From Setoptus koraiensis (lineage: Eukaryota; Animalia; Arthropoda): a stretch of 64,000 nucleotides of DNA. The notes beneath the pieces are model-generated. The model was not told the DNA's origin. It saw only the letters and a program-made list of their open reading frames with translations, and made no database searches. The DNA lies in assembly GCA_048013815.1 (NCBI GenBank), contig CM106586.1, forward strand, positions 21,762,001 through 21,826,000. The letters run 5' to 3'. Of the stretch, positions 23,157 to 35,625 are shown one piece after another. Made by a program: the position numbers and the translations under genes. Numbering within the stretch: position 1 is the first letter of the stretch; the number at the start of each line of letters is the position of its first letter.

Positions 23157-26003
23157 CTAGAAGATATTGTTCATGATTACAATTATTGGATGACGATACA
23201 CAAACGTTATTTAGAAACTATGTACCACTACTTACAATAGTCTGAAAACAGGACAGTTAGTGACAATTTTGACTGCTATGATTTGAAGTCACCTTACATT
23301 TAGTTTCACAAAGTAGTTCATATGTCGGAAAACGGATTAGGCATCAACGGTGATAGATTCTATAGTAAATTCATAGAGGATGATTAAACTCACGCACATC
23401 AAAAATATTGATCATTAGAAATTTCCATCCATAGACAAAAAAGTTTATTTTTCCCACAAAAAACTATTGACTAACTAAAAGAATTTTCCTAATACGAAAT
23501 TCGTGCTCACATTTTAATTAGATTCATTTTACAATTGTTACCATAAATGTTTAGATAAAAATTGTTTGAAACATTAAATGAAATTATCACAAGAAGACGC
23601 GAGCCCGGCACCTGATAGTGACCAATCAATCTACTATGGAATTTGTTTAAACTGTCTGCTCTAAAGAAATAAATGCTGAGATTCGATCCGAGTTCAACAT
23701 CTTCCCCCCATTGAAAGGATGACTGACTGGATTTTTACGCTTGTTAAGCACAGTTTATGAGGATACAACAGTCGCCCTTTAGTTATTTGACACAGTGAAT
23801 CGACTGTCTGGTAGATATTGGATAGAGAGATTGTACCTGTCATTCGCATTTGCGTAATAGGTTAGTCGGCTCAAAAATAGTAGGCTTGTTTCGCTGGATG
23901 GTGAGTTTGCACATCAGTGGAAAATGGATGGATCGGACAAGAGCGTGTTGTTTCGTTTCTTGACGAATCTCGTTTCTTTAGGTATGCATATGAACTATAA
24001 CTTAATTTTTAGCGTAATTAGTGCTTCGTTACTTTCGTTCTCTTCTGTTTTTTATTTTCAAGGATTCTCTACTTAATCTTTTATCATATTATCGTGTCGT
24101 TTATGACACATTATGAGTGGTGTGTGAGTATTTGCATTGATCATTTGCTAGTCGACATGGTTGTGTCTGTAACATTTGCTAAGATGGATGGTCTAGGATC
24201 ATTATTTTGTGTTTGATACGCTGCTGGCTTGGGAGCTTTCGAGCACCATGATGTAAATAGAAAATATTCATGGATGGGACACACATATAATCAACCAGCA
24301 CACAATAAAAGTGAAAGTTTGTGAGAAAGTTCAATGGTGTTGCATTCACAACACTACTGCGACTACAGTGTGAAGCGTGTGATATATTGGCTCATGGGGT
24401 TTGTCTACTATGTATGTCTTGCTAAGTTGAGATATGCCATCCGAGGGATTTCTCTAGAAACTAGAAAGAAAGAAACAAATGATTTAGTGCGTAGCTTTGC
24501 TCGTCATGATAGCGGCTTATGTAAGCCCAAATCTACCTAGAAGGTTGTTGAGACAGAGTGTACAATTAATCGATTTAGCGAGACACCATTGTGGGGTACC
24601 AGCGTGTTTGTGTGTCTCGATAGAAATAAAAAACAGTAGCAGCAGCGGCGGCGGCATTAGCAAGTATAAGTTATGTCATACTCGCTTAGTCTCTGCTTGC
24701 TTGTGTCGTATGGATTAGCCTAATTGTGAGCCGTGGGCCCAGACGGTTTGATTAGTCATCATTTGACTATTCGTTACTTCTTGACACTAGCGAGACTAAT
24801 TTTGCTTGTGTTCGTGCGCGGAAAAAGAATCATGTTGGTTTGGTTGTTCTTCATTGTGAACACTATTATTATGATTGTTATACTATCATTATTACCACTA
24901 TTATTACTTATACTTACTGCTCATACTCGCTGCTGTGTGTCGTTGTGTATTGCGTGTGGTCTGCTGTCAAATAAACTAGAGATAAATATATAAAAATATA
25001 AATTTATATCTAAGTTCAAGTTGCGTCTTCAATTTATTTGATGCCGTCACCGTGATCCCTGGCGACGATCAAATCAACACACAGTAGCATTAGCGCCAGT
25101 CGCATCTCAGTACGCAGAGGACGAAACGATCAAGCGATCATTATTATGGCAAATAAGCGCTCCCACTCACAAAATTGTCAAATCTAATCTAATGATATCT
25201 CTGTCTCGGCATGCTGCTCGATCCTTTACTTTCGGCGTTTATCCTCGGCGGGCGCCGTACGCAGCCAATGTCTGGCAAAATGTTTGCCATGTTGTGCAGC
25301 GAGCGAGCGAGAGGCTTCTTTTCTCTATTATGTAAGTTTTCTTTTTCTCAAAAGCGAGCACCCTATGACAGACGCTCTCTACACTATAGAGAATACTATA
25401 TAGAGAGCGTCTAGCGACATGTCGTTCGTTGTTGTTATTCACGCTGCGATATGCGCCCCTAATGATGCTGCCGCCATGCGACGACGATCTACGTCTATCA
25501 GAGATTGTGAATAGCGCCAAGATCATCTCTTGCGTCTGTTGCGCAAATCACAAATTTTGCATCAAATGACATTGCATCGAGAGTCGCTGTCGCTAATTGT
25601 CGTCAATACAACGACACACTGCAAGCGCAACAAAACAACATGAATCGGATATATATCGTATTACTATCACGAGTGAGCCAGTTGAACCACTAGCTAACAA
25701 CCAGGTGAATTATTGATAATCTATATTGAATTATGCTAATCTGTTTGGGCCAGCTAATTAGCGCCAAATTGTCAACAGCAACAACTACTCTGCTACCATC
25801 GCTCAGGTGACACACACACACACACATTGTTGTGGCCCGTACACATGTGACCCACAGTGGCATCAAATAAAATCACGTTCACGTCACAATGCCAAAAGCT
25901 TACGCAAACTTGCAACCAACTTATAACTTATGCAAATGTTATTGAATTGTGTATATATTTACTCTTGCTGTCTGATAGCCACCACCGCGAATAGTCGAAC
26001 AAG

Positions 26004-28648
26004 ATGACTTCTCCTTCAAAGAAAGAAGACAATAGCATAAAAGCGCCAGCCAGACCGGACGCCTACTCTAGACATCCGCTACGGGGTCCACTGTACCCGG
26101 GCCAAGCGGGCTCCGTTGTCAATACCGGCAGCGCGCCCTTTGTGAGGCCCATCGATGGGCCCGTTGTTAGTCCCGCCTATAGGAGTGCCAGATTAAATCA
26201 TTATTCGCCCTTTATAAATGTACATTCAAGCCGGGTAGATGGTCGCTTGCCGCCTCCCAGGCGCCCCCGGATGCCACTCAACGATCGGCTGCGGGTGGCG
26301 GCGCCCGGAAATCGTGGCGTTGCCGGTTTAAACAACATGTGGGGCGCAAATTCACAAACATTTTCGCAAGCGGCCTCGCGTGTATTAATTGTAAATCCCA
26401 TGCATATTGTCAATTTAAGCGAACACACTAAATCACGATTGATCAGGATAATAGAGGCACTAAAGCGATTTAGTGAGAAATGGTTCTCGCATGTGTTGTT
26501 ATTGTTATTTTTGGCTATTTACGCCTGTTTTGGCGCTTACATATTCACAAATTTCGAGGCGCCAAATGAACATTATGAGAAACAATTAATCATATCAATG
26601 AGAATGAAAATAGTCAACGATTCCTGGAATGCCAGAGACAGACTGAAGCCAGCTTATTTTGAGCTATTGCGAATGAGATTCGAGGAATACGAGCAGCTAC
26701 TCAACAAGGCTTGCGCAATGGGTTTCTCCAGTACGTCACTGGAAAATCAATGGACATTTTGGGGCGCCTTATTTTATTCCATGACCGTCTTCACTACAAT
26801 CGGTTATGGACACTTAACTCCAGTTACATTTGCGGGCCGCATAGGTGAGTTGACTGTCCGATCTGGTCACTGGCGACCATTGTTGTTACCTGCGATAACA
26901 CGCGATTGACTATTGTATTCAAAACCCTATAACCCTACAAAACAAATATATTCCTTATATTGGTTATATCCAATGTATTCCAACCCATTCAATGCCGGCA
27001 GCCACTATGATATACGCAATTTTTGGCATTCCGATACTGCTGATGGTTTTAGCTGATTTGGGCAAACTGTTGACGCGGGTCATCAAGTATGCCTTCAACA
27101 AGCTCAGGCTGCTCCTGTGGCGCCTGTTCAGGAGAAAGGGGGCCCAACGAACGCGCAAGATAATCTCAGACAACACAAATCAGGTGAGTCAATCAGCTAA
27201 CACCGGCTGGCATGAGCGCTAATTAGTACCAGACTAATCTAATTAGTCTAATTAGTCTAGTACTAATTAGATTAGTGAGCGTGATTCAACTAGCGTGATC
27301 AATTAGCCACTGTGACACAGACGAGCAAATGACTAAATATTGTATTGTTGACATTGTTGATTTCAATCAGTACATCGGAGTGGCCAAGGACGCCTTCGAG
27401 AAGGGATTTGCCTACATGCCGTACGTGCCTCAGGCGCTCAGGTCCAACTCGCTCAAGTCATCAGGCAACAACAACAAGCAGCAGCAGCCCCCATTCGATG
27501 CCGACAATGACACGGGCCCCAATCAGACCACCTCAGTGATAATCACCTCGTCGGCGCCCACTAAGGCCGTATCGCCGGACATCAATGGTCCGTCAACGCT
27601 GAAGAGTCAAGCCGGTGGTCAGCAGCAAGCCAACAACAAGAAACGACGCAACAGTGCCAAGTTGTCCAACTCTGGCTCCGTTAAGCAGCACAAGTCTCAA
27701 AAAGAACCGGATCAAGAGGGCTCACCATTGAGCAACGGAAATGCCAATCAAGCCGCCACAGACGAGCAACCAGACGCTGATCTGGCGCCCCCGTTGGGAT
27801 GCGTGAATCCCGTCACGGGCTTGCCGGATGCGCCTGCCTTTGAGGATATAGATGACGAATTTGATTTGCCGGTTAGTGTTGCGCTTGCCTTGTTAGTTAT
27901 GTACATGATGTTTGGTGCTGTTATATTTAGCGCCTGGGAGGGCTGGAACTTTTTCGATTCGCTATATTTTGTTTTTATATCCATGTCAACAATTGGCTTT
28001 GGCGATTTGGTGCCCCAACATCCAAAAAGAATGCTGGCAACATTCATCTATTTACTATTTGGTCTGGCGCTCACATCTATGTGCATAAACGTTGTACAAG
28101 AGAAGATACATGCCACATTCTTGAAGGCAAAAATGCAAATTGGCGAAAAAATGGGCCTCGATTTGGAACAGATAATGGCCGACGATTATTACGAGGATGA
28201 CGATGGTTATAATAATGATGACGACGACGAACACGACGCCAGTAACGACAACAACGGTCATCCAGGTAAGAACAACACCGACAATGGCCACATCACTAAA
28301 GCACCGGTGGCGCCCTCGCATTCGGAGCCCTCGTCTAACAACAACAGCTTGACGAGGGGACGCAAGAGGTCCACTAGTATAAAGGATGACAGGAATAAGA
28401 AGTCACCCAAGGATCAGGAAGCTCATGACACGTCTAGATCGTCGAGCCAAAAGAGCCTGAAGACAAACAAAGACGCTGACACCGTTAGTCCGGACAGCAA
28501 GCCGTTGGCAAACACAAACAATAAAGCCAACGAGACAGACAAGTTACAGAGGCCAATTGTAAAAAAGAAATCAACACAACCCATACTAGAGGCACCTGTG
28601 ATTAAACAATTAGACGAGCCAATGCCGCCGCCTAGGTCGCATAGATGA
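26004..28648 (+). CDS. Two-pore-domain (K2P/TWiK-family) potassium channel; exons 26004-26844, 27002-27183, 27371-28648
   Basis: Pore 1 FWGALFYSMTVFTTIGYGHLTP and pore 2 FFDSLYFVFISMSTIGFGDLVP; four TM helices. GT-AG introns keep the frame (phases 1 and 0). Confidence 0.93.
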
Positions 28649-29064
28649 GCAAGTGAGAACAAAGTCGATTGACAAGACAAGACTTACAATAGATTAATTG
28701 CGTCTTGATTATTTATAAATTAACTAGCAACAATTAAACTGGGCTCGATTGAGTCGTAGGCTAGTAATGAAAATCGAAAAATTGATTCTATATACATTAT
28801 GTAAATATTAGTTGTCGAAATCCAACACAAATCACACTCAATCAATAACAATCTGGACTTGTTGATAACAAGACGGACGCTTTTAGTTATTTATTTGCAC
28901 ATAATTAGAGCCCTAACTAACGGACAAACAACAATATGTTTCCTGTTTATATGTTCATCTTCAGTAGTAGAAATCACTATCAGTTACAGGCACAATAAAC
29001 AACATTACAATTGTCTAATTACGGCCTTCATTTTAGCCTTTATGGCATTTTTGGGTAAGAATTT

Positions 29065-30610
29065 TTATCTGGATCGTTTGAATATGATATCTTCGGTTAT
29101 ATCCTTCCTTTTGGAGCAACCGCATAGCATCATGGCGCGCCTCAATTCGTCCTCCAGTATCTTTAGAACCTTCTTCACGCCCGCTTGGCCCTGAGATTCG
29201 GGCATGAGATAATGTAAGGCAAGGTTAAAACAACAAAACAACAAGCAAACAATTAGCTTCAGTATCTCATCTTAAACACACAACCACACAGAGCCGGTGA
29301 GATAATTCATGTTTGTTAATTACCTCGCTGGCCAGGCCCCATAGTATTGGCCTACCCACAAATACCATCGTGGCGCCCAATGCGAGCGCTTTCAGAACAT
29401 CGTTTCCGGTGCGAACGCCACCATCGACAAATACCGGACAGCGTCCATTTACCACTTTAACAATGTCGGGCAGAGCCTCGATCTGGATATGTGATGGTGC
29501 AAAAATAGCAGCAATAACGGGTTATTGAATATCGGCTCACCCAGAAAAAAAAATCAGCAGCATTATCGTGGTGCCTGAATTTACTCAGACCAAACAAGGC
29601 AAGCGTTCATAGACAAGCAGAGTCAGGGGATAGTTACCGTGGATAAAGTTCCGTCCAACTGGCGGCCTCCATGATTCGAGACAAAGATTCCATCAACGCC
29701 CGCCTGAATCGCAAGCTCGGCATCTTCTCCGGTCATGATGCCTTTCACGACAACCTTGAGTCGCGTCTGTTTCTTTATCCATTCAACGTCTTCCCAGGTT
29801 AACGAGGCGTCAAATATTTTATCCGAATGATCTCGCATACTACACACATCATCGTCGTGAATATTCTCTAAAGTGAATTGGCCCAAAGTGAAATTGTTTC
29901 TCAGGTCGCGCCTACGGCATCCCAAAACGGGCGCATCACAAGTTATAACAAGCGCTCTGTAACCGTTTCTTTCTGATCGTCTAATAACGTTCATAGTGAT
30001 GTCTCGATTCTTTAATATGTAGATATTTTGCCATTTAGTACAAGCTGGCGCCTCTTTGGCAACATCCTCAAGTGATGTCGTTGAGAATAGACTCATTATC
30101 ATGACAGTATTGGCCTCATGACAGGCTCGTATGGTTGCAAGCTCTCCTTCCGGATGCGCCATCTTTTGTTGTGTTTTGTTATGTTTTGTTTTGTTTGCCG
30201 AATTAGCCCGAAGACAGCACAAGTGGCAAATCGAGTGAAATATTTGTCAAGCTAGATATTCAGAGACTCTAATATGTCCTATTTTCAAAACGAATCCATC
30301 GAAGCTAACTTACCTTCTGTAGGGCTGTGGGTGATGCACCGATTGGCATGGCGATTTTGTCGCCGAAAACCGTTATACTGGTGTCAACATCTTGGACGTT
30401 TCTCATAAGACGCGGCCTCAGTAAATACATGCTATTGAAAGAATCCTTGTTATGTTTCAGAGTTAATTCTTCGTCGGCTCCCTGATTAAAGTAATCGGCC
30501 ACTGTCTTGTTCATTTTTTCTGATGCCAATCTCTCAAAGTCATTTACACAGACCACTAGTTGACACTGGCCTGGCTCCAATTGTTGCTGGTAAATACATT
30601 CCGACTGCAT
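29065..30610 (-). CDS. HAO1: FMN-dependent (S)-2-hydroxy-acid oxidase (glycolate oxidase family); exons 30610-30314, 30162-29638, 29482-29324, 29190-29065
   Basis: Motifs [44 protein letters not shown] and [18 protein letters not shown]…GRPILWGL. All three introns are GT-AG phase 0. HAO1 vs HAO2 orthology is not resolved, and the start may lie further upstream. Confidence 0.92.
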
Positions 30611-31953
30611 TATTATTTTATGAACGATAATATTCCTATTACTTGTTAGCCTCGTTGCTTTGAAAGGGCTTCTAAATCTCTGGCAAGTTTTCGCTGTTTT
30701 TGTGAATGTGGCTAACAATCACTATTTCCTATTAGTCGCATATCTGTCCCGGTGTGAAAGAGCTCGCCATAAATTCTATATCGACACACAGTGTGTGAAC
30801 AATTGTGCAAAATTGTATTTCTCATCAACACCATTGATATATCATATCATATTGACCAAACGTATTGTCATACACAAGATGCGTGAAAAGCGTTACTAAG
30901 ACAACAATAGAGGCATAATTTCTATGAAAGAAGATAAGATGCCAGAGACAACAACAAATATCACATTATATTGCAGTCAAATCATAGAAATCTATAGTGA
31001 AACGCATTTGGTATTAATATAGTGAATGATATTTGCCAGTGTATTATTTTTTGTTGTTGTATTGCTACATAACAAAATAAAATATGTGTAGAAAAGGAGG
31101 GAGATTAAACGAGATCGCTAGTATTCGCAACGATCTCAATTGCATTACAGAGCAACTTTCCCATTTCTCGATCTTCACATTCTTTTGTGTCCAACGACGA
31201 TGATTGACAGGCTGCATCATATCAATAGAATAGCAACAGTTAAATAATAATCAAATCACATATAACAACCACTGTGTATTTGTGATATCATCATACGAGA
31301 TGAAATCAGGCGGACCTGTCGGCTTGATATATAAGCACATTAGAAATAGAGAGCAAAGAAAAAGTAAACATTTTTTCTTTATCTCTTTCATTTTATCTAG
31401 TCTATGTACATATGACTTGAATGATATTGGTGACAAGTAAATAATGATGTCGATTTCAAGTTGTTATGCATGGCAACAAACAAAGCGCCCAGACACAACA
31501 ACGGGTATTAGTGATCAGTGGCCAATTAGTGATTGCTGGTGTTCTTTACCGCTGACGTCGACACATATCCAGACGTATTTGGTAGCTATACCAACCGGTA
31601 TCAACCAAGCAATCAAGACTACTACACAATTGCGATATCATTTCTGTACGTCATTAAAACGCACGTCATTTAGGTGTATTGTGATAATCTCATCAGCAAC
31701 TATTCCCGACTCTACAAGACGTTGCCTTAGCATTACCAAGTTGGCGCTATCGTGATCATCTCTGGCAATAAAAACAACAACAACTAGCGTATCACCATGA
31801 GCATATAAACGATAATTTTCAAAAAAAAAACAGACAGACAGAAGCTGAAAGTTATTAAACAAAAAACTATTCATTCTAGTTTCGAATTACGAATATACAT
31901 CTATCCACAACCAACGAGGTCAACCATTGAATAAGATATTTAACCCGGACAAA

Positions 31954-33352
31954 ATGAGTAAGTCTACACGAGTGAGCGCGACACATGATTGAGCATCATG
32001 GGGTAAAGATTTCGTTCTTATTGCTGAAGATAAACTCATTCACTATTTTCTATTTCGAAATCACAACAGTCAAAGGAAAACTAATCGCAGAGGGCAAAAC
32101 AAAACGAATCTACCAACATGCCACGGTGGAAGACTATTGCTACATTGAAAGTAAGGACCGTATCACTGCTGGCGATGGCGCTAAAGCCGACGAAATGAAG
32201 GACAAATCCATTTACTCAACTAGAACGAATGCTGCAATATTCGAGTTTCTCAATTCCATCGGAGTGGCCACTTCTTTCGTTGGGCGTGTCGAGGGATCAG
32301 AAATAAGTTTTGTCGCGAAAAAATGCCACATGGTCCCCATTGAATGGGTCACTAGACGTATAGCGACAGGTTCATTCTTGCGACGTCATCCAAACGTCAA
32401 AGAAGGCTTCAGATTTGCACCGGTGAAACTTGAGACATTCTACAAGGACGACGCAAATCATGATCCATTTTGGTCACTGGAAAGTATTAAGGAGGCAAAA
32501 TTTCCCGATATTGATCTCAAAGAGGAGGATATTGAAAAGATGTGCATGATAACAAGACTTGTTTTTGAGGTTTTAGAACGAGCCTGGCAGAGCCTCGATC
32601 ATGCTTTAATAGATATGAAAATTGAATATGGAGTAACAAAACAAGGTGAGGTTGTTTTGTCGGATGTTATCGACAACGACTCGTGGCGCCTATGGCCTAA
32701 TGGTGACAAGCGTCTCATGCTGGACAAACAAGTGTACAGAAATTTGGAAGTAGGTGCCGATAACACCAAGGCAATGGAACAAATTAGATCAAACTTCGCT
32801 GTTGTTGCGGAGCGAACAGAAAACTTGTTTAAATCGTTAATGTCGCAATCAAATCCACCACAGTCAATCTCAGCATCACCTACCATTGCCATAATCATGG
32901 GTTCTAAGGCTGATCAAAAATTTGCTGAGCAAATTGTAAAGAATCTACGTGAAAAATGGTCAATACACGAGGTTGAACTTCATGTTAGCTCAGCGCACAA
33001 ATCAACTCATTGCACCATGGATAAGGTTGCAAAGTTAAACCAATGGCCCTCTTGCAAGTGTATAATTGCCATCGCGGGTCGCAGCAACGGATTGGGTCCA
33101 GTCGTAGCGGGAAATTCAGCCATTCCCGTAATCAATTGTCCCCCGGTATCAGATGTGGCAGTTGCAAGTGTAGATATTTGGTCCTCTATGAGATTGCCTT
33201 CCGGTTTGGGTTGCACCACAATCATTGGTGCTGACAATTGTGCCATGGCCTCTGCCCAGATAGTGGCTAACAGTAATGTTTTTGTTTGGTCTAAAGTGAG
33301 ATGTCAACAGACCATGGCTGCGATATCTTTAATGGAGTCCAATCTTGATTAA
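31954..33352 (+). CDS. PAICS: Bifunctional SAICAR synthetase/AIR carboxylase (ADE2/PAICS); coding exons 31954-31957 and 32070-33352
   Basis: EGKTK, IEWVTRRIATGSF, DMKIEYG and DVIDNDSWRLW (PurC) followed by IMGS, SAHK, AGRSNGLGPV and PVINCPP (PurE class II). ATGA|gtaagt…acaacag|TC restores M-I-K-G-K. Confidence 0.96.
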
Positions 33353-33627
33353 CATTATGAGCTGTAGAACTTTATTGAAAATTCCATAAAATACTACATC
33401 CTGAAATCAAATACGTCCGCTTCATAACTTGTAATAAAACTAAGTAGCGATTGATTGTGTCTGTTAGTTCCACGAACAGTACATCTACGATCAATTGTTA
33501 CAATAATCCTATTTACACAAGTGACTCGAAATTGGGTTAAAATGTAAGGTTGGCTCGTTTTTAATTTAGTAGTTTATTCTACCATGATTATGATCATAAT
33601 AATTATTTACTAATATTGCATAAAAAA

Positions 33628-35625
33628 CTATCTGCTTTCTGGCCAATGTCTTTTGTATTCCTCGTGTTCCGCTAAATCTTCCAAAGACTCTTTTCTATGT
33701 AGTATGCAAATAATAAACAGTATGACTATGCAAATAACAGCTAATGTTATGAATGTAGATAAAACGAGATCGCTCATTGGCGATAAAAATAGTTTATAGT
33801 CCCAGCTATTCGGATAATCCATCGGGTCTGGTATTATTATGACCTGTGCATCTGGAACTATCTGCTCAAATACTCTAGTCCTAACTTCTTTACCGCGACC
33901 ATAACCTGGAATAGTTACATTAAGTGTTTCAACAAAGTGAGGAGTTTGGCCTAAGCCAAAAATTACATAAGGTGCTTGTAAGGCAAAATGTGATGATTGG
34001 GCAAGTTGACCTGCGCACCCCTTTCGAACTTTTCCATCATTTTGGCTAAGTTCGAAGCAAATGAAAGGTCCACTTGCACTCTGACCATTGGATTCAGTAG
34101 AGGAGCATCCGTTAGTAACAAGCACTTTCATGAAGCAAGCGTCAACCATTTGCGAGTTCATCTTAGCAGTTATATACAAATCTTCCGGTTTGTTAGTGTG
34201 CTCACTACTACCAATCAACATATCGACTTTTCCGTCCTCGTTTATGTCAAATAGTATAACTAGCCTAACTTGATGATTAGGTTTAGGTGGCTCGAAGGAT
34301 ACATCATTAATCTGAAATGTTCTCGACATGGAATCAATTCCTGGTCTACTGTTCGCGGATGAATTTTCAACATTCCTCAGGAAGAGGATTTTGTTTCCTT
34401 GTGATACACTTTTAACAACCACAACAAAATCTGTATAGCCATCACCATCTAAATCAGCCGCTCTTATTGTTATAGGGAACTGATAATCCTCGCCTAGTTT
34501 TATTTCCTCTGCAATCAATTCAATATCAGTGTGATTATTGAATTTAAAAATGACCTCTGTGTGACCATTACCGGCCATGTAAATAATCTCACACATCCGA
34601 TTGCTCTTTTTACATCTTGGTATTAGATGGTCAATTTTTCCGTCCGCATTAATGTCCACCAATGCTGATTGGCCAAATTCATAATCTTTGACTTGATTTG
34701 AAAATCTATCGGTAAAGTTTTTTCTCTCCTTTGAGAACGAATCATTGAAAATTGGATTAGCCATTGCATACATGATATTTGCATCTTTGGAGCTAAATAC
34801 GAGATCGGCAGCTGCATCAGAGTTGACATCAATGAATGAATTTGAATGAGGTGCTCTGAAGAATACTGCATCAATGGACGACCATCTTGGTTCATTAATC
34901 TTCTTGAAGTCCAATGTAGTATCTTGTTTTTTAGGTGGTTGCCACACACTAACTACACCATTGAGATCAACACTCATATAATCCGTCTGTAGATCACCCT
35001 CTAAATCGAATAGTAACGGTTGAGTTAACATTTCAACGTTGATTCTAGTATATTTACATTCTGGTACATTTACGGCGGCTAATTGCATGTATTCACTTAT
35101 ATCATTGGACGAATTAGATAGTGATCCATTATTTACAATGCTACTGCTGTTTAAGGAGGGATTCTCTTCAGAATTTAAAGCTGCCGCATGAGATGAATAA
35201 GGTTCATTTATTTGTGTGACGGTATTCTTGATGGGTATAGCGAAATCTGACACAATGTTAACAAGCTCATAGATTGTTCTCCCGTCTCGCGGTGATATAA
35301 GGAGAGGCAATATGTTTGGTTGGCCATCGTTCTCTATGTCGGCCAGATAGACCTGTGCTATTTTTCTATCGCATTTGCATGAGAACTTCCAATCAAACAC
35401 AGGTTGCTTCTGTTGCTGATAATATACATTTAAATTGTATCCGTCTCCTCCAATAACAACAATATCTGTCCTCTTATCAGTGTTTAGATCACCGAAAGCA
35501 GCCGGAATACCATTGAAAGGCTTGAATTGTTCTGGTTGTTTGATTAAACATGACACTGGATGTAGATCGATCAATATGAAATTAAGTGCCACAAGAATGG
35601 CCAATTTAATGAATTCTGTAGCCAT
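33628..35625 (-). CDS. ITFG1: T-cell immunomodulatory protein / integrin-alpha FG-GAP-containing 1 (LINKIN), intronless
   Basis: Signal peptide from ATG 35625; PAAFGDLNTDKRTD, FG-GAP-like DLDGDGYTD and DINEDGKVD; QSSHFALQAPYVIFGLGQTPHFVE; IVPDAQVIIIP; C-terminal TM helix. Confidence 0.93.
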   Translation of the reverse strand: MATEFIKLAILVALNFILIDLHPVSCLIKQPEQFKPFNGIPAAFGDLNTDKRTDIVVIGGDGYNLNVYYQQQKQPVFDWKFSCKCDRKIAQVYLADIENDGQPNILPLLISPRDGRTIYELVNIVSDFAIPIKNTVTQINEPYSSHAAALNSEENPSLNSSSIVNNGSLSNSSNDISEYMQLAAVNVPECKYTRINVEMLTQPLLFDLEGDLQTDYMSVDLNGVVSVWQPPKKQDTTLDFKKINEPRWSSIDAVFFRAPHSNSFIDVNSDAAADLVFSSKDANIMYAMANPIFNDSFSKERKNFTDRFSNQVKDYEFGQSALVDINADGKIDHLIPRCKKSNRMCEIIYMAGNGHTEVIFKFNNHTDIELIAEEIKLGEDYQFPITIRAADLDGDGYTDFVVVVKSVSQGNKILFLRNVENSSANSRPGIDSMSRTFQINDVSFEPPKPNHQVRLVILFDINEDGKVDMLIGSSEHTNKPEDLYITAKMNSQMVDACFMKVLVTNGCSSTESNGQSASGPFICFELSQNDGKVRKGCAGQLAQSSHFALQAPYVIFGLGQTPHFVETLNVTIPGYGRGKEVRTRVFEQIVPDAQVIIIPDPMDYPNSWDYKLFLSPMSDLVLSTFITLAVICIVILFIICILHRKESLEDLAEHEEYKRHWPESR

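Noticed and set aside
21315-30610. PEX5 and HAO proximity as a peroxisomal gene cluster
   Set aside because: They are separated by an unrelated channel gene and lie on opposite strands; chance adjacency in a gene-dense genome is sufficient.
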